From: Paraspadella gotoi
Taxonomy: Eukaryota; Animalia; Chaetognatha
DNA: 64,000 nucleotides
Assembly: GCA_051294375.1 (NCBI GenBank)
Contig: CM119263.1
Span: 30,567,376-30,631,375, forward strand
Reading direction: 5' to 3'
Shown piece after piece: positions 13,250-25,113 of the stretch. The notes under the pieces were generated by a model, which was not told where the DNA came from, ran no database searches, and saw only the letters and a program-made list of their open reading frames with translations. Every line of letters begins with the position of its first letter. The stretch's first letter is position 1. The translations under genes were made by a program, and so were the position numbers.

Positions 13250-13812
13250 AAAAGTGAAGAGTATACATTTGGTGAGGGATAGCAAAAGTAATTAGTAAAG
13301 TGAAAGGTTAAGAATTAAGAAAGAGCTCAAAATAGCAGCCACCCTTGGCTTTTGCAAATGAGAGGCTTGGACGATGAGGCCGGGACATTGACGTGTCATT
13401 GGTTGAGAACAGTTTGACCGAATATGTTAGTGCTGGATTGGGTAGGCTTCCTTGAGGGAAGATTCCCTGTGTACTCATGCTCTTTGGCCTGATACGCCTG
13501 CCGCGCTTCCCTCTTCTCGCCGCTGGCGGGGTGGGTGGGTGTCCATTCTTGACCGCTTTTGCGACAGAGTGGTGGACTCCTCTCCCTCCTCCTGTAGCCG
13601 TCGTTTTGGGCGGCGCTCATTCCACACAGAGAGAGGGACTGAGTTGCATATTTAATGTCAAAACATTATTCGTAAACTAGATGGATAACCACCAAAAACA
13701 TTTGTGTAGCCCAACTTCCAACCTGCTACCCCGTGACAAGGCAGCGCTTAGGCCTCGAGCCTGCTAGATGACTAAAAAGCCCCTCTGATCTTGAATAACC
13801 ATTTTCATTTAC
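13250..13812 (+). mobile_element. GC-rich island, possibly the 3' UTR of a non-LTR retroelement
   Basis: Diverged inverted homology to 2642-2890; ends in AATAACCATTTTCATTT. Confidence 0.35.
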
Positions 13813-14722
13813 TTAATTATATTGTTGATATCATTTTTAGTTTTTGTCACTCTCACTTTAAAAGTTTTGTTTCATGATTTTGTTTTTTATTCTATTATAA
13901 ATTTTCAAAAATAATTAGAGAGAGTTTTTAACATTTACAAATAATAAATTTAGTAAATATTAAAATAAACCTTCTGCCTGTTCTTATCTCAAACTCAATA
14001 AAATGGAAAGAAAAAAGAATATCAGATTGACTTAAAGGCAACAATAGTTGAGGTGAGGTGGTGAAATGCCTGATGCTTTTTATATCATAACATAACCTCT
14101 CTTGCCTTGAGGATTTTTTTAATAATTTATTTTTCTTCTTTGTTTATATTATGAAAGTATAACACCTTTTGAATAAATACAACAGATCCATAAATTTATT
14201 AGTTTCCTAATCACGCCTTAGTTTATTATTTTACTTATTTTTTTGTGGTTCAAAAAATGAAAAACTTTATATATTAATAGATAAAATAACTTTTTACAAA
14301 TGAAAACAGTTATATATTTTCTTATTTCATATATATTTGATTAAAACTATTTGATTATCCATTTTTCCTATTATTTGAATTCTTTTATATTTTTCCCCAA
14401 AAAATACAATTTTTTAATAATATTTAAACATTATTTAATACAAGTTTTTTTATATTTATATAGTTGAAAAGAGTTTAAATACTTGGATTTAGCTATATTT
14501 TTATATAAATTAATAATACTAACCATTTTTATTTTATTTTTAAATTTGCTATTTTTTCCAATTTTTTTGCATCTAATCGCATTATAAAATCGATAGAACG
14601 GGAAAATTGGCCAGCAGAATTTTTTAATTTTTTGATCTTAGGGAATAGTTTTACATGTGTTTCAAAAAATTAGGAGGGCACAAGATGTCTTTTATTATTT
14701 CTTGTATTTATACTCCGCGCTA

Positions 14723-16729
14723 GTGGGATAGGGGCAAATTGACTTGAAAATTTTGTATGATGGTAGGGAAGTGTGAGATTGAGCTGGATATAAAGTTTCG
14801 ATGGAATCGTGCGAGTGGAAATAGTTAAAATGGAAAAAACAAAAGGTCATAGTTGACTTGAAAGTATTTTTACTTAAATTTTACTCATAATTATTATGAT
14901 TTTATTAAAAATTGGATAGATAATACGAAATGGAATTTTGTGTGTGGGTAGGAAAGTATGTGATAAAGCTGGATATAAATTTTTTGAGTAGGAGTGGAAA
15001 AGAGTTCAAATTAGAAGAACCTTTAATGAATGAGTTCTCTCTCTTCTCTGAATTGATTGATTGAGTTGAATTGATTGATTGATCAAATTATGCCAATTGA
15101 CAACAAATATGCCAGTTGACCAAATTCGTTAAAGTTGCACAATTATGAGTTTGACAAAATTCTGCAAAGTTGATCAAGTTTCTTGCAGGCGTTGACGCAA
15201 AATTATGCCTGTTGACAAAATTAATGCCTTGACTGCGACGCAAAATTATGCGCGCCCTGTTGAACCAAATTATGCCGCGTTTTTGACCAATTATGCTGTT
15301 GACCAAAATATGCCTGTTGAAAATCATGCCAGTTGACCAAATTATGCTAGTTGACCCAAATTCGGCATAGTTGATAAAATTATGCCAGTTGACCAAATTA
15401 TGCCGGTTGACCAAATTATCTAATGTCAAATTATGTCAGTTGACCAAATTATGTCAGTTGACCAAATTATGTCAGTTGACCAAATTATTCATTGACCAAT
15501 ATGTCAGTTGACCAAATTATGCAGTTGACCAAATTATGTCAGTTGACCAATTAGTGTTGACCAAATTATGTCAGTTACAAATTATGCAAGTTATTAAATT
15601 ATGCAGTTGAACAAGTTAGCTTATTACCACTTAATTATCGATTGACCTGGAATTTTGTATGTGAGTAGAAAAGTGTGTGATTGAACAGGAACCAAGTTTC
15701 GATGGAATCTTTTGAGTGGAAATGAGTTTAAATGGAAAAAAACAAAAAACCTGTTTCACTAATTGATTATGATTCTTTTTCCTTTTATATTAAATGTATA
15801 TGCAGGATGTATTAATAAATAAATAATTAATCAGTTTAATTAATCAATTAGTTGTAATATAATTAATCAATAATTAATTAATCAGTCAATCAAGTCCGTC
15901 TATCCGTCCCACCTTAGCAAAAAGCTCCAATAACTCGTGATTGGCTGGTTGGATGTGAAAGAAAATTTTGTGTGTGGGTAGGAAAGTGTGTGATAAAGCT
16001 GGATATAAAGTTTCGACGGAATCATGTGAGTTTAAGAGGAAAAAACATAAGTCGCGATTTACTAAAAATATTTTAATTATTTTAAAACCAATAAGTACTC
16101 TAAATTAATCATAAATTGGATGGATAGATTGAGTTCAATTTTTTGTGTGGGTAGAAAAATGTGTATCGATGCTTGATATAAAGTTTCGGTGGAAACGTAC
16201 GAGTGGAAATGAGTTTAAATGAAAAAAAATATGAGTCACATTTACTTAAATCTTTTTACTTATTTTAACCCATAATAGATTGAGATGAAATTTTGTGAGC
16301 GGGTAGGAAAGTGTGTGAAGAAGCTAGATATTGAGGATATACAAAAAAAAGAACTTATTAAAAATAGTCAACTTTAAAGCTTAAACATAAATTACAAAAT
16401 ATCATTTTAAATGCTTACCGACTGTCACGAATCATTGGTAACTTATCTCTCAGTTTTAGGTAAGCACATCTCTTTTATATTTTTGGTTAAGGTACAATCA
16501 TAAGGACTAACCAATCAGAGAGCGACGTTTAAAATACTTGATCAATCAGATACTTCGTAAGCAACAAAAAATACGAAATTCAATAATAAAAGGGCATCAA
16601 ACAACCGAGAGACTATCTCATAACAAATAAAAATTTAACACTAGATATAAAGTTTTGACGGAATTTGGCCAGTGGAAATGAGTTTAAATGGAAAAAAACA
16701 TAAGTTACATTTACTTGAATCTTTTATTA

Positions 16730-16775
<46 letters not shown>

Positions 16776-18866
16776 CAGAAAAATGAGCATAGGATCGTCG
16801 CAATTGCAAAGAGAGAGAGAGTGCAGAAAAATGAGCATAAGGATCGTTGCAATTGCAAAGAGAGAGAGAGAGAGAGAGAAGAGAGAGAAAAAAAAGAAAG
16901 AAGAGAGAGTGCCGAAATAATGTCCGAAGTAATTTACATTGTTTAATCAACCAAATGTAGAAGCAATTGAGATACAAACGGCATTGAACGGCATTGAAAG
17001 GCATTGAACGGCATTGAACGACATAGAAACGCATGAAACGGCATTGAACGCTGGACTATAAAAAGATAATATAAACGAATTAATAAAAACCTTAATATAA
17101 AATTAAAATCAAGTAAAGAAACATTAAAACAAACCTGCTTCACACGCTCGTAAAGCTTGAGAACTACTAATATAATTCTTACTTTCTCTCACAAAGGTAA
17201 GTTTCTTCACTTAGATATATAGTAAACGTTTTTGGCAAAAAGGCAACGATTTTTGGGAAACTTGAAACACGGAAATATTTAACAGGGTTCTTGTAGAGCT
17301 TAAGAAGTTAAATGAAAGTTAGTACTATAATTTTTTCAAATTTTGACAATAAATTAGTTAAAAATAGAAAAAACCTTAAAAAATTATCATCATCATCATT
17401 ATTGGCGGAATTTTATTTTTTTAAATTTTTCATAAAATAAAACAAAAAAAAAGTTGTATTAATAACCTTTATCTAACTTTTAAAGCTCTATCAGAATCTA
17501 TAAAAAAAATTGATAAGCAAAAATTTTAAAAATTATTTTCATTTTCATATTATTTTATAGTCGCTTAACCATTAACCATTAACCATTTGAGAGAACTTCA
17601 AGTTTTCAACCTGTTCCGGCCTAATATCTAGTAAGGCGGGCCAAAATTGAACACTTTTTCTAACTCCTAGTTCTCTTTAAAATTTTTTTTTCCTTTTACT
17701 ACTAAATCGATTTTCAATGTAACTTTTTGATTTAGTTCATTGGGTTGTGTTGCACTGAAGCTTTTAAATATTTATTAATATATAATAATTATATAAAGTT
17801 TTGACGGAATTGGTGCCAATGGAAATGAGTTTAGAATGGAAAAAACAATAAGTCACATATACTTGAATCTTTAATATTAATGATTACTAATAAATGTTTT
17901 AATTAATTAATTAGTTAATTAATTAATTAATTAATGTGAAAAAATGATGCAAGTTAAAAAAATCTTAAAAAGCATAAAGATCGTCGCAATTGCATAAAAA
18001 GAGAGAGAGAGTGAGAGAGACAAGGAGACATAAATAAAATAAAGGATATTTGTTTGTTTTGATAAAATGCAAACAAAACATATTTAATAACTGTCCTAAC
18101 CCAATTTTAAGGACATCGATGATGATAAGTTGAATATAAATTTAAAATTAATTATTACATATTAAAATTAATTAATTAATTAATTAATCGATTAATTAAT
18201 TAATTAATTATCGTAAGGAACAGATCCCGACATTGTTTGCTCAAACTTGTTTTTAATGTCTCCTTCTCTCTCTCTTTTCTTTTTGTCTCTTTTCTCCTGT
18301 TGCTTTTGCTGCTGCGTTTTGATTTTTCTTTTTTTCTGGCTGCCTCTGCTGCTGCCGCTGCTGATTCATCCGAAAACGATTTGACTTCTCTCTCTCTCTG
18401 CGTTTTTATTAAAAAAAAATTTGAATTAGGATTGAACTCGTAAAATTAAGCATCGCATTCATGCTATCGCAACATCGGGTTTTTATTTCGTTCTTTCTTC
18501 TCGTCACTCTCTCTTTATTTTTATTTTTCTTTCTTTCCTTTCTATTCTTTTTTTCCTTTCTATTCTTTTTTTCTTTTTTATTCTTTCTTTCCTTTCTATT
18601 CTTTCTTTCCTTTCTATTTTTTCTTTCCTTTCTATTCTTTCTTTCCTTTCTATTCTTTCTTTATATTTATTCTTTTCTTCTTTTTCTTTTTGTTTATAAA
18701 TTAATTTTCTTTTCTCAAATTTGATTTTTGTAGTATCAAAATTTGTCGTCAATCCAGATTGCGACGATCCTTATGCTTTTAAGATTTTTCATTATAGCTA
18801 CTAATGGTGACAAAAAAAATACAGAAAAAATTATGCCCTGTAACTACGCGACAAGAGAATATAATG
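14723..18866 (+). mobile_element. Composite HINE/DINE-like element, copy A 3' part
   Basis: Colinear with 7937-11841 up to GAGAATATAAT. Confidence 0.75.
15085..15615. repeat. 18-bp minisatellite (GTTGACCAAATTATGYCA)n, second array
   Basis: Counterpart of 8305-8750. Confidence 0.95.
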
Positions 18867-19081
18867 TCTAATGTCTATATCTTTATTTTGGACCATTAAA
18901 AGTGCTTAGAAACACAATTCGAATTAACTGTTAGCCAGACAGAGTAATATTTAATGACAAAAATACTGTTTTACGCGTAAGAGACTCCATACTCTCCGTT
19001 GTTGAGTAGTGGTTAACAAAACAATTAATAAAAAACTATAATGCAATAGGACCTTTTTAATCCCCCACGCCCTGGTTTGTT

Positions 19082-22000
19082 TCAACGAGTCTTATCACAT
19101 CCGGTTGTTTCGCAAACCACCCAAGACCAGTTGTTGCACTTAGTATCTCTCCAGTACATGCGGTACCTAAACAGAAAAAAATTATCCATTTATAGTGACC
19201 TTAAACCAGGAAGAAAAAATACTAAAGTAAAAAAATGAAAATTGAAAATTAGTTTTGAAGATTCAAAACTATATGAGTTGTTATGACATAATATCAGTCG
19301 TAAATCAACATCAAGACAAATCCTTATTACAACCATCTTTACCCACATTTCATTCGCATTTGTGCTACCAGCTAGTACTTACCTGTAGGACCTGACCTCC
19401 ATTCTGAGACAGTTGGTTAGCCAACCTTCTCGAGGCGGACGAGTGACGAGAGACGTCGCGATGTTGGAGTCAAAAACAGGCGCCGGGTCAGGAGAGGAAG
19501 AATTTCGCGTCCAGAACCAGGAACCGTCCTTTTCCTGTTTTTGTGGGCATTAGGCCATTATCATTCATGAAATGTTAAAAGCTGTAACAGTTTTATAATT
19601 ATGTGACAAGAAATCTAATGGTACGTTGCAAATAGTTACAACTCAAGTTAGACTTACATCTCTTGGATCAGCCTTACCTCATCAGTAGCTCCTAGCCAAT
19701 AGTAGCCGTTGCTTGAGTACGTTTTTGCTTTCCTGATTTATAATAGTACAAAATTAATACATGAAAGTGAATAAATTGAAAATTTTATCTTGTTTCTTTT
19801 ACTATTTCTGTATATGAAATTGGTACAACCAATATAAAAATTATCCATTCATTTAATAAATAAGCTATCTTGCCCCTGACTTTGGACAGGCTTTGGTGGT
19901 TTAAGGCCTCCATCACTCTTACAAGATAATTACATAGCAGGTCCCTGCAAGCTTTCAATCAAGACTCTCTCACAGTCCCGTTTATTCACTCCCGGAGTAC
20001 CTGGCTTCCCTATCAATATGTTATTTGTTATACATCACCTGAAAACCATGTCCGTCTTTTCCCTTGTGTCTGGACATGCCAGCGTCCCGCCGCGGGACCG
20101 ACAGAATTGTTGGGCCGTTGACCAGTTCATTTGCACGCGGGCAAAAGTGTAGCACGTCCAGGTGCCGTTTGAGCAGCTGGAATTGGATTTCTCGTTCTGC
20201 GGTCATGAGAGAGATTGAAAAAAAAGGAGATGAAAAAAACGAAGAAATTTGTATAAATATATAATATACAACTTTTAATATAATTTTAATATAATACACG
20301 TTTAATATAAAATAAATAGTGACGTTGCGAGAAAAAAATACAAGCTTCTACAAGCTTACAAAAGTGGCCATCCATACCAAGCACAAAGATTCAGAGACGT
20401 AGTCTTCTATGTCGTGACTAAACTCGAGCGCTTCTGATCCGTTGTAATAAGGATTGGGGACCTCGCAGACCGACGGGCGCCAGACTCCACACTGGGTGTC
20501 CATCCAGTGGTTCGCGGAGTATGTCCCTAAACAAGTGTCAGGATTTTGACATGATAGATCGAGAAAGTATCTTTTGGCACTAGATACTATCTAGGAAAAA
20601 AGTATATCACATTTTTAGTCAAGGATATCTACTCAAAAAACTTATTTGTTTTTAAAAGTCAGAATGTTTTCAAATTTACATTGAATTTTTTTTCAGTAGC
20701 TTCCTTCTATTTTTTTGTAGGTCAAATCTTTTAAAAGTTGTGTACTTACTTAAATGCTAAAGAAGATCGCTACTTTAAATAGAAAATGGCGAAAAAAATT
20801 ACATTGTACCAGTTTCATAAAATTCAGCTCCTTGTATTTTGATGCTAGTGCGGAGTACAATAAGTATTCCCCGATCTAATACTTAAGGGAGTGGTCTTTT
20901 CATACAATTGAAACATTCTTTGAAATATTTTCCACTTCATTGATAGGGAAGCCAGGTACTCTGGGAGTGAATAAACGGGACTGTGAGAGAGTCTTGATTG
21001 AAAGCTTGCAGGGACCTGCTATGTCATTATCTTGTAAGAGTGATGGAGGCCTTAAACCACCAAAGCCTGTCCAAAGTCAGGGGCAAGATAGCTTATTTAT
21101 TAAATGAATGGATAATTTTTATATTGGTTGTACCAGTTTCATTTAATTTTTTATTATTTTTAATATTTATATATTTGTTTTTATTTTAAAAAGAATTATT
21201 TTTTTTTAATTTGGCAATGTTAAAGGCATTATATAATTTTTTTGGTTAAAAAATATATCATTATAGCTCTCAGAAAAGAGGAAAGACGCGTAACATCAAT
21301 ATCGAGACTGAAAAGAATTGCATTAAAGATGTGGAAAAACATTTTATTGTTATACCTTAATTCGCTGTACAAGAGCATGCCCAGACGAATGCAGGCAGTA
21401 ATCAATGCTAAAGGATAGCCTCTGAAAAGGTATCCTAACCGGAAGTAAAGTGATGAGAATGCGGGAAACTAATATATTGACGGAAGGAAAATCTATACTG
21501 AGACAAAAATGAGGGTAAAAAAAGGGAGAGAAACGAGTAGGAGAAGAGAGAAAGGTGAACTGAATCTCGTGAACGCGGCCCCGAATCCCTGGGAGGAGGA
21601 TGAAGAGGAGGTGAATGAGAAGGAGGGGGTAATAGACCCGCGTCTGTCTATCACCTTATATACTGATAGCATACCAAATATTACAAATATTTTACCCATA
21701 TTTTATATATTTTTTATTGAATAAATATACTTTTTAACAATTACATGATATTCTTTTTTCCTAGATAGTATGTTTGTTTATAGTATATTTTTATACTTCA
21801 TAGAACTGAGATGCCCCTTGTCTGTGAAGGTAAGATAAAATAAAGACGCGAGTCGAAAGTTTTGTAAAGATGGAAAACAGAATTCAGTTCATAAACATTA
21901 TATACAGAAAAAATTTCTCTCGAAAAAAGTGTCATTTTAAAAAGTGTGACTGAAAAAAAATATTTCCCTCCCACATCCGCTAATTGATGAAAGATTATTG

Positions 22001-24690
22001 ACCTGTTTTTGGTTAAAATTAAATATACGTTTTTCTTCTCTCAAAAAAAAAAAAACGCCACGTTTTTTTCCCCAAATGTTCCTTCAAGTGAGACTGGAAA
22101 AAAAAGATTTTGCACCCCCATCTGCTAATTGATAAAAGGCTCACTCTTCTGCATTGCGAGGCAATTTTCTGGAACGGCGAATCCATTGTTCGGCTCGTGT
22201 TCCATCCAATCGCTGTAGCCCTTGTGCATCGGGGTCTTGGGCCCGGTCCAAATCCAGTCGTTTTCGGACCTTTCGAAATCGTTGCCGCCTGGAAAAGGTG
22301 GGCCTTGCCATAATCGTCGCCTGTGTAGTTTTCTCTGTCGTCAAAAACAATGAAAACTGACCCAACCACCAGATGGTATCTTTTGACGTCAATCCCTTCA
22401 AATTTCGCAAAATGAAGAAATTCTCTCGCTCAGAGTTGATGGCGGCCAAATAACCGCCGTTCTCTTCGCAAAAGTCCTGCGCCGTTTGCCAGCTGAGATT
22501 AAGAAATGTATGAATGAAGGATCCAATAATTAGATCATTCAGTTTTATAATAGAGCATGAATGAATGAATAATCCGAGGGAAAAATCTATAAAAGTTTTA
22601 AAATATATAAAAGTCATCACATAACAAATTATATCATCGCAGGAGTCTCGGCCTCCCCCAAAGCGAAATCGGATCAGGAATGAAATCGCCGAACCATGAT
22701 TGGTCGAGATGGAACTGGAATCGACCAATTAGGATCGATAGAACTGTCAAAATAACTCTTGCCTCTGATCCTCTTCCTCAGTTAACAAGAACGGTGATTC
22801 CAACGTGTTGCGCCGCAGTGACTTTATTTTCATGTGATATTTTCATTTTATTTTCACATGACATGACATGACTAAAAAACTTTCTAAGTCCTTATATTTA
22901 TGACATGCACTGCTTCAAAATTCCGTCTTTTATTCCTTATAGTTTTAGGATTTCCTGAAGGCGGCGTTAGCAGTTCCTTAGATTTGAAAGACATACTGAC
23001 CGACAGACAGACATACCGACAGATCGACCGAAAAGTGACTCAAAGAGTTGCTCTATTATGAAAATATAATTCTTTAGGTTTTAAATATATTTTTTTATGA
23101 TACATCATACGAATCGTTCTATAAATAGCAATGCTTTTACCTCATTTTGGCCTCCATGAAAAGATAACATGATTTCGCTGTCGAGTTTTCATGACTCAAT
23201 TTCGGGGTCATCGTCGTTTTCGTCGTCGTTTTCGTCGTCGTCCGTGGCGTCACAAATTTCGTCGTCGTCGTCGTCGTCGTCGTCGTAAAGTCGGACGGGA
23301 GAGGACACACGGTCGACGGCTTTTCGAAAACGTGAGGTTTCACTGCGATGAAGAGATAACTCGGTTGATAACTTGATTAATAAAATATAAAAAAAATAAA
23401 GTCCAGTATCTTTATCGTTCTATCAAGATCTCAAATGGCGGACGAACTACGTTCGAAGGCTTCGCTGTAGGGATTACTGACCATAATCCTTTGCTGAAGG
23501 AAGGATAGATTCACAAATGACGCCCTGTTTAATGGAACAAGAAATGTCGTTCCATCTTTGATTAGAGAAACTAAGGCAATTCTCGATGCCGTCTTTGTTG
23601 TCTGGTGCGTTGTAGCTCCAGTCACTGATAAAAAAAAAACAAAGGTTGCCGAGTTCTTTTTTAAATCTCTTTCAACAATAAACATTGATTCATTGGTCAA
23701 AAAACCAATCCCTGGCTTCACCTGTAATTGATTCTCTGATTGGTTGGCGCCCAAAACCATTTTCCCTCGTTTCCTCCATCGGTTCCTCCGATCCAATAGC
23801 TGAAAACTGGACTCATTTTTTTTACTTCTTTGGTTATGAATTTCGATTCGATTTCGCTCTCGATCGACATTAAATCTCCGCCTGAAGAAGACATATCAAA
23901 CTCTCCAGTCAATATTAAGAAATAAGCATGTTGGATTTTCATTTTAATTTACAATTGTACAAACATAGTTAATTGGTTATAAAATTGGGACACCAATATA
24001 AAATTACCCTGTCATTTAATAAATGAGCTATCTTGCCCCTGACTTTGGACAGACTTTGGTGGTTAAAGGCCTCCATCACTCTCACAAGATAATGACATAG
24101 CAATACTTTGCAATGTTTTAATCCAGACTCTCACAGCCTCGTTTACTCACTATCAGAGCACCAGTCTACCCCGCTATCCTATCCATAAAGTATTATAATA
24201 TTTCAAGGAATGTTTCAATTGTATAAAAGGAACACTACCTTATTTGATAACTATTTCACTTTTATTCAAAATCAGCATGGACTAGCAAGTGGCCTTCTTA
24301 CCTTTTTCCTGACAGAATTTTCTAGCCTCCTCCCATTCGAGTTGGCCAGAACCGCCGATTAAATAGCAACTTGACCAGAACCCGTCGGGACCCACTAAAG
24401 TATACAGATTACTGGGGCATACGGCCTGGTCACAAGATAAGACATAAGTTCTATTATGGTCTGTCATCTTTTCCTCATTTTGTCAACTTTGATTTGAATT
24501 TAAAAAAATTTTGCGTTGTTAGACCTACCTGCGGGTCTTTGTAATCATTCTTTGTGAGTGACTGTCTGATGAGTTTCGACTCTTTCATCAGTTCGGACGT
24601 GAGATTCACGAAAACGCGGTTCACGGAGACGAGATTAAAGGGTAGGCTCCAGACGTGACCCAATAGGAGGAGGAAGAGGAAGAGGATCAT
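19082..24690 (-). CDS. Secreted C-type lectin with three CTLDs and a Thr-rich linker (12 exons)
   Basis: Exons 24690-24529, 24425-24302, 23881-23722, 23624-23482, 23342-23141, 22492-22362, 22288-22145, 20526-20378, 20196-20039, 19732-19678, 19534-19383, 19166-19082; all GT-AG and phase-compatible. Signal peptide MILFLFLLLLGHVWS; motifs WIGG..APD..ENC..WND, WLGG..EPN..ENC..WMD, WLGA..NC..WRD. Confidence 0.92.
19813..20017 (-). mobile_element. Dispersed ~300-bp interspersed repeat, partial copy
   Basis: Core GATAGGGAAGCCAGGTACT...GATGGAGGCCTTAAACCACCAAAG...TTGTACCAATTTCAT shared by at least six other loci. Confidence 0.85.
20828..21141 (+). mobile_element. Dispersed ~300-bp interspersed repeat
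   Basis: Same family; inverted relative to 19813-20017. Confidence 0.85.
21293..21415 (+). pseudogene. Tc1/mariner transposase C-terminal remnant
   Basis: Translates TSISRLKRIALKMWKNILLLYLNSLYKSMPRRMQAVINAKG, matching the Tc1-family terminal motif L..SMP.R..AVI.AKG. Confidence 0.8.
22783..23055 (-). mobile_element. Short HINE/DINE-like element
   Basis: Similar to 24853-25112; carries a (GACA/GACC)n tract. Confidence 0.6.
23975..24260 (-). mobile_element. Dispersed ~300-bp interspersed repeat
   Basis: Same family as 20828-21141, more diverged. Confidence 0.8.
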
Positions 24691-24852
24691 TCCGAGAAAG
24701 AAGCATTGAATGTTCTGATATGAGGAGGAAGAAGTTAAGGAGAGGGGAAAGGGTTGAAGTTAGATTGAAATAAGGAAAGGAAAGTAATAAGGGAATGATG
24801 AAAGATAATCATAATAATTTGAAGAAATCGAATTATTTAAAATACTAAGAGA

Positions 24853-25113
24853 ACAAGAACGGTGATTCCAATGTGTTGCGCCGCAGTGACTTTATTTTCA
24901 CGTGACATGACTAAAAAACCTTTTTTTGCCCATGTACTTATGACATGCACTGCATTGAAATTTCGTCTTTTATTCCTTATAGTTTTAGGATTTCCTGATG
25001 GCGGCGCAAGCAGTCCATTAGATTTGAGTTTTTTCTGTCTTAACAAATGAGCATTTTAAACCGAAAATTGACTTATAGAGTCGCTCCGCGAGTACTCGCG
25101 GCGCAACTAAAAA
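24853..25113 (-). mobile_element. Short HINE/DINE-like element
   Basis: Minus-strand start TTTTTAGTTGCGCCGCGAGTACTCGCGGAGCGACTCTATAAG (terminal hairpin); same start type at 6715, 7592 and ~60488. Confidence 0.65.

Larger units (their letters stand above)
7071..14722. mobile_element. DNA transposon-like element with ~190-bp imperfect TIRs and 8-bp TSD (hAT- or Mutator-like; no transposase seen)
   Basis: Starts TAGCGCGG and ends CCGCGCTA; 7071-7256 is reverse-complementary to ~14535-14722; flanks GTGGATAG / GTGGGATAG; the empty site GTGGATAG is visible at 7937-7944; spans an assembly gap. Confidence 0.65.

Noticed and set aside
24566-24591. Hammerhead-like CTGATGA...GAAA on the minus strand
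   Set aside because: No stem II between the core motifs and no stems I/III; it is a simple hairpin inside the lectin's first coding exon
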